From an uncultured virus (IMG/VR IMGVR_UViG_3300003618_000228) (lineage: Duplodnaviria; Heunggongvirae; Uroviricota; Caudoviricetes): 20,000 bases of DNA. Location: the IMG/VR virus record IMGVR_UViG_3300003618_000228, one strand, 5' to 3'. Of the stretch, positions 16,998 through 20,000 are shown one piece after another. The position numbers were made by a program, and so were the translations under genes. The stretch's first letter is position 1; every line of letters starts with the position of its first letter. A model generated the notes under the pieces. It did no database searches. It saw nothing but the letters and a program-made list of their open reading frames with translations, and was not told where the DNA came from.

Positions 16998-19900
16998 ATG
17001 GCTTTAACTAGATTAGGAACAGATCAGATCGCTGATAGTGCTATTACTAACGCCAAGATCTCTGCTTCTGCCGATATTGCTGGCAGTAAGTTAGAAGATG
17101 ATATGACGTATGGTAGTAACTTGACGGTTTCTGGTAACCTAGTAGTAAATGGTACAACTACAACAGTTGATACTACAAACATGTCTATTGAAGATCCACT
17201 TTTAGTTTTTAGTTCAGGCGCAAGCGGTTCAGCATCTGTTGACGCTGGTTTTGTTGTAGAACGTGGTGATGATACAAACGTTGGTCTTATTTGGGATGAA
17301 TCTGCAGATAAGTTTAACTTTGTCACAACTAACGAAACTGGTAGTACAGCAGGCAACGTAACAGTCGCCGGTCAAGCAAACATCATTGCTGGTAATATTG
17401 AAGGAACAATTACTACAGCCGCACAAAACAGTATTACTTCAGCAACTGGATTAGTTTCAGTTGGTGCAATTGGTACTGGTTCATGGGCAGCTACAGACGT
17501 AGCGGTAGCACATGGTGGTACTGGTAGTTCAACCGCCGGTGGCGCACGAACAAACTTAGGTGTAGTAATTGGTACAGACGTACAAGCATATGATGCCGAG
17601 TTGGCAGCTATTGCTGGTTTAACATCAGCAGCTGATAAGGGTATTCAATTTACAGGAAGTGGCACGGCCGCAGTTTATGATTTAACAGCTGCCGGTAAAG
17701 CATTGTTAGACGATGCAAATGCCGCCGCGCAATTAGTAACTTTAGGTGTAACAGCAACAGCTGCTGAAATTACAGCATCTATTGATGGTGATACATCCGC
17801 AACAGCAACAACACTAGCAGATGCAGACCGTGTCGTAGTTAACGATGGTGGTACAATGAAGCAGGTAGCATTGACAGACTTCGAGACTTATTTTGAAGCA
17901 GGTCTTGATACATTGAATGCTGTAACTTCAGCATCTTCACTAGCAACAGTGGGTACAATTGGTACAGGTGTATGGCAGGGTACAGATGTAGGTGTAGCAC
18001 ACGGTGGTACAGGTGCTTCAACCGCAGCTGCCGCGTTGTCTAACTTAGGTGCTGGTACCGAAGATTCACCTCAGTTTACAGGTATTGAATTAGGTCACGC
18101 AACTGATACAACAATTACGCGATCTTCTGGTGGTGTATTAGCAGTTGAAGGTAATGTAATTTATCATGCAACTGGTACAGATATCCCTGTTACAGATGGT
18201 GGTACAGGTAGTTCAACAGCAGCTGGAGCATTGGTCAACTTAGGCCTAGCCGCAACAGCCGCAGAAATTAACATCATGGATGGTGGTACTTCAGCAACAA
18301 GCACAACACTAGCAGACGCTGACCGTTTCGTTGTCAACGACAACGGCACGATGGTTCAAGTAGCAATGACTGATCTTGAAGTATATATGGAAACAAGTCT
18401 TGATACATTGAATGCAGTAACTTCAGCATCTGCTCTAGCAACTGTAGGTACTATTACCTCAGGTGTTTGGTCAGGTACAGCAATTGTAGACGCAAAAGTC
18501 GACAACGACTTAACTATTAGTGGTGGTTCAGTGGACGCAAGTATTGTTGGTGGTTCAACACCAGCAGCTGGTACATTTACAACACTAACAGCCAACGATC
18601 AGTTGGTAGTAGCCGCCGGTGTATCAATCACTGGTGATACAACAGACGAAATTACACTAAATGTTAAAGGTGTAGGTTCACAGACAGCCAACTTAATGAC
18701 TGTCGAAATTTCCGACGGTACAGATAAATTTCAAATCGCTTCCGACGGTTCAGTAGTAGTAGGTCAGGATCTAACACTAGCTTCTGGCGCAACAGTAAAT
18801 GCTATCCTAGATCAGGATACCATGAGTGGTGATAGTGCAACTTCACTAGCCACACAACAATCAATCAAAGCATACGTAGATTCAAGCGTTGGTGCATCTG
18901 CACTAACAATTGGTGCAGACGCGGGTTCTGATGATACAGTAACAGTTGGCACAGATACACTTAACGTATCTGGTGGTGCTAACATTACAACAACAGTAAG
19001 TGATAATGATATTAGCATCGCATTAGATGCAACTATCACAAGTGGTATCACAGCTCTTACAGCTGGTCAGTTGAATGCTGATAATATCCGTATTGACGGA
19101 AACGTTATTAGTTCAACAGATACAGATGGTAACATTACACTTACACCAAATGGTACTGGTGACGTTGTTATTTCCGGTGACTTAACAGTTAACGGCACAA
19201 CAACAACAGTAAACTCCACAGTTGTAACATTGGATGACCCAATTATGCAACTTGGTGGTGACTCTGCTCCTGGCTCAGATGATGACAAGGATAGAGGTGT
19301 TGCATTCCGTTGGCATAACGGTTCAGCCGCTAAAAACGGTTGGTTTGGTTATGACGACAGCATAAGTAAATTTACATTTGTCCCTGATGCAACAATTACT
19401 TCAGAAGTTATTTCTGGTACAGTTGGTAACGCAATCTTCGGTAATATCGAAGGTACAATTACAACAGCTGCACAAAACAGCATTACTTCGGCAACTGGCA
19501 TAGCAACTCTTGGTACTATTACAACAGGTGCATGGCAGGGTACAGACGTAGGTGTAGCACATGGTGGTACAGGAAGCTCAACAGCATCCGGTGCACGAAC
19601 AAACCTAGGTGTGGCAATTGGTTCAGATGTACAAGCATATGATGCACAACTAGCAGACGTTGCTGGTTTGGCTGTAACTGACGGTGGTATGATTGTTGGT
19701 GACGGTTCTAACTTTGTACTTGAGACAGGCGCAACACTACGAACATCCTTGGGTGTTGGTACAGGTGATTCACCTCAGTTGACAGCAGTTAATGTTGGTC
19801 ACGCAAGTGATACAACACTGGCACGCTCATCAGCAGGTGTCTTAGCAGTTGAAGGTAACGTAATTTACCATGCAACTGGTACTGACGTACCTCTAACAGA

Positions 19901-20000
19901 TGGTGGTACTGGTAGTTCAACCGCCGGTGGCGCACGAACAAACTTAGGTGTAGTAATTGGTACAGACGTACAAGCATATGATGCCGAGTTGGCAGCTATT
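16998..20000 (+). CDS. Very large modular fibre protein (>1000 aa, continues beyond the right edge)
   Basis: GGAG SD at 16986-16989, ATG 16998; hand translation MALTRLGTDQIADSAITNAKISASADIAGSKL... stays open to 20000 (...ARTNLGVVIGTDVQAYDAELAAI); five GGTG(S/A)STA..A..NLG motifs and other repeated modules. Confidence 0.88.
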   Translation, partial: MALTRLGTDQIADSAITNAKISASADIAGSKLEDDMTYGSNLTVSGNLVVNGTTTTVDTTNMSIEDPLLVFSSGASGSASVDAGFVVERGDDTNVGLIWDESADKFNFVTTNETGSTAGNVTVAGQANIIAGNIEGTITTAAQNSITSATGLVSVGAIGTGSWAATDVAVAHGGTGSSTAGGARTNLGVVIGTDVQAYDAELAAIAGLTSAADKGIQFTGSGTAAVYDLTAAGKALLDDANAAAQLVTLGVTATAAEITASIDGDTSATATTLADADRVVVNDGGTMKQVALTDFETYFEAGLDTLNAVTSASSLATVGTIGTGVWQGTDVGVAHGGTGASTAAAALSNLGAGTEDSPQFTGIELGHATDTTITRSSGGVLAVEGNVIYHATGTDIPVTDGGTGSSTAAGALVNLGLAATAAEINIMDGGTSATSTTLADADRFVVNDNGTMVQVAMTDLEVYMETSLDTLNAVTSASALATVGTITSGVWSGTAIVDAKVDNDLTISGGSVDASIVGGSTPAAGTFTTLTANDQLVVAAGVSITGDTTDEITLNVKGVGSQTANLMTVEISDGTDKFQIASDGSVVVGQDLTLASGATVNAILDQDTMSGDSATSLATQQSIKAYVDSSVGASALTIGADAGSDDTVTVGTDTLNVSGGANITTTVSDNDISIALDATITSGITALTAGQLNADNIRIDGNVISSTDTDGNITLTPNGTGDVVISGDLTVNGTTTTVNSTVVTLDDPIMQLGGDSAPGSDDDKDRGVAFRWHNGSAAKNGWFGYDDSISKFTFVPDATITSEVISGTVGNAIFGNIEGTITTAAQNSITSATGIATLGTITTGAWQGTDVGVAHGGTGSSTASGARTNLGVAIGSDVQAYDAQLADVAGLAVTDGGMIVGDGSNFVLETGATLRTSLGVGTGDSPQLTAVNVGHASDTTLARSSAGVLAVEGNVIYHATGTDVPLTDGGTGSSTAGGARTNLGVVIGTDVQAYDAELAAI
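17512..17612 (+). repeat. Perfect 101-bp direct repeat, copy 1
   Basis: Base-for-base identical to 19900-20000; offset 2388 bp (796 codons, in frame). Confidence 0.95.
19900..20000 (+). repeat. Perfect 101-bp direct repeat, copy 2 (truncated by the window edge)
   Basis: Identical to 17512-17612; identity begins inside the (H/D)GGTG codons and runs to the last base of the window. Confidence 0.95.

Noticed and set aside
17964..19573. Near-identical pair 17964-18013 / 19524-19573 (47/50) as a DGR template/variable repeat
   Set aside because: All three mismatches are C/T rather than adenine-specific, both copies are in-frame coding, and no reverse transcriptase is in the window.
17024..19977. 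Many short minus-strand ORFs in the track
   Set aside because: Antisense shadows of the single long plus-strand ORF from 16998, which the track missed because it has no stop in the window.
1..20000. Stop-codon reassignment
   Set aside because: Genes are intact and densely packed under code 11; TAG is used as a real stop at 6655-6657.

Overview
AT-rich (roughly 35-40% GC by eye) late/structural region of a large T4-related myovirus; standard genetic code, no host genes, tRNAs, CRISPR or mobile elements seen. Left to right: a gp26-like baseplate-hub gene on the minus strand (runs off the left edge, missing from the ORF track); a divergent tape-measure-like gene; the head module (gp20 portal, small conserved ORF, acidic core protein, gp21 protease, gp22 scaffold, compact gp23 major capsid protein); two small structural genes, each between terminator/late-promoter cassettes; and a run of Thr/Gly/Ser/Ala-rich fibre or adhesin genes ending in a >1000-aa modular fibre gene that runs off the right edge (also missing from the track). 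Late promoters have the (TA)TAAATA core. The most unusual signals are: (i) a fibre gene of shuffled modules joined at a recurring GGTG motif, with a perfect 101-bp in-frame repeat starting inside that motif; (ii) two heavily structured 5' leaders (9475-9555 and 16831-16997) that are candidate phage cis-regulatory RNAs; (iii) a repeated palindrome + terminator + promoter architecture downstream of the capsid gene; (iv) a ~56% GC island inside the tape-measure-like gene. All product calls come from motif recognition and synteny, not database searches.
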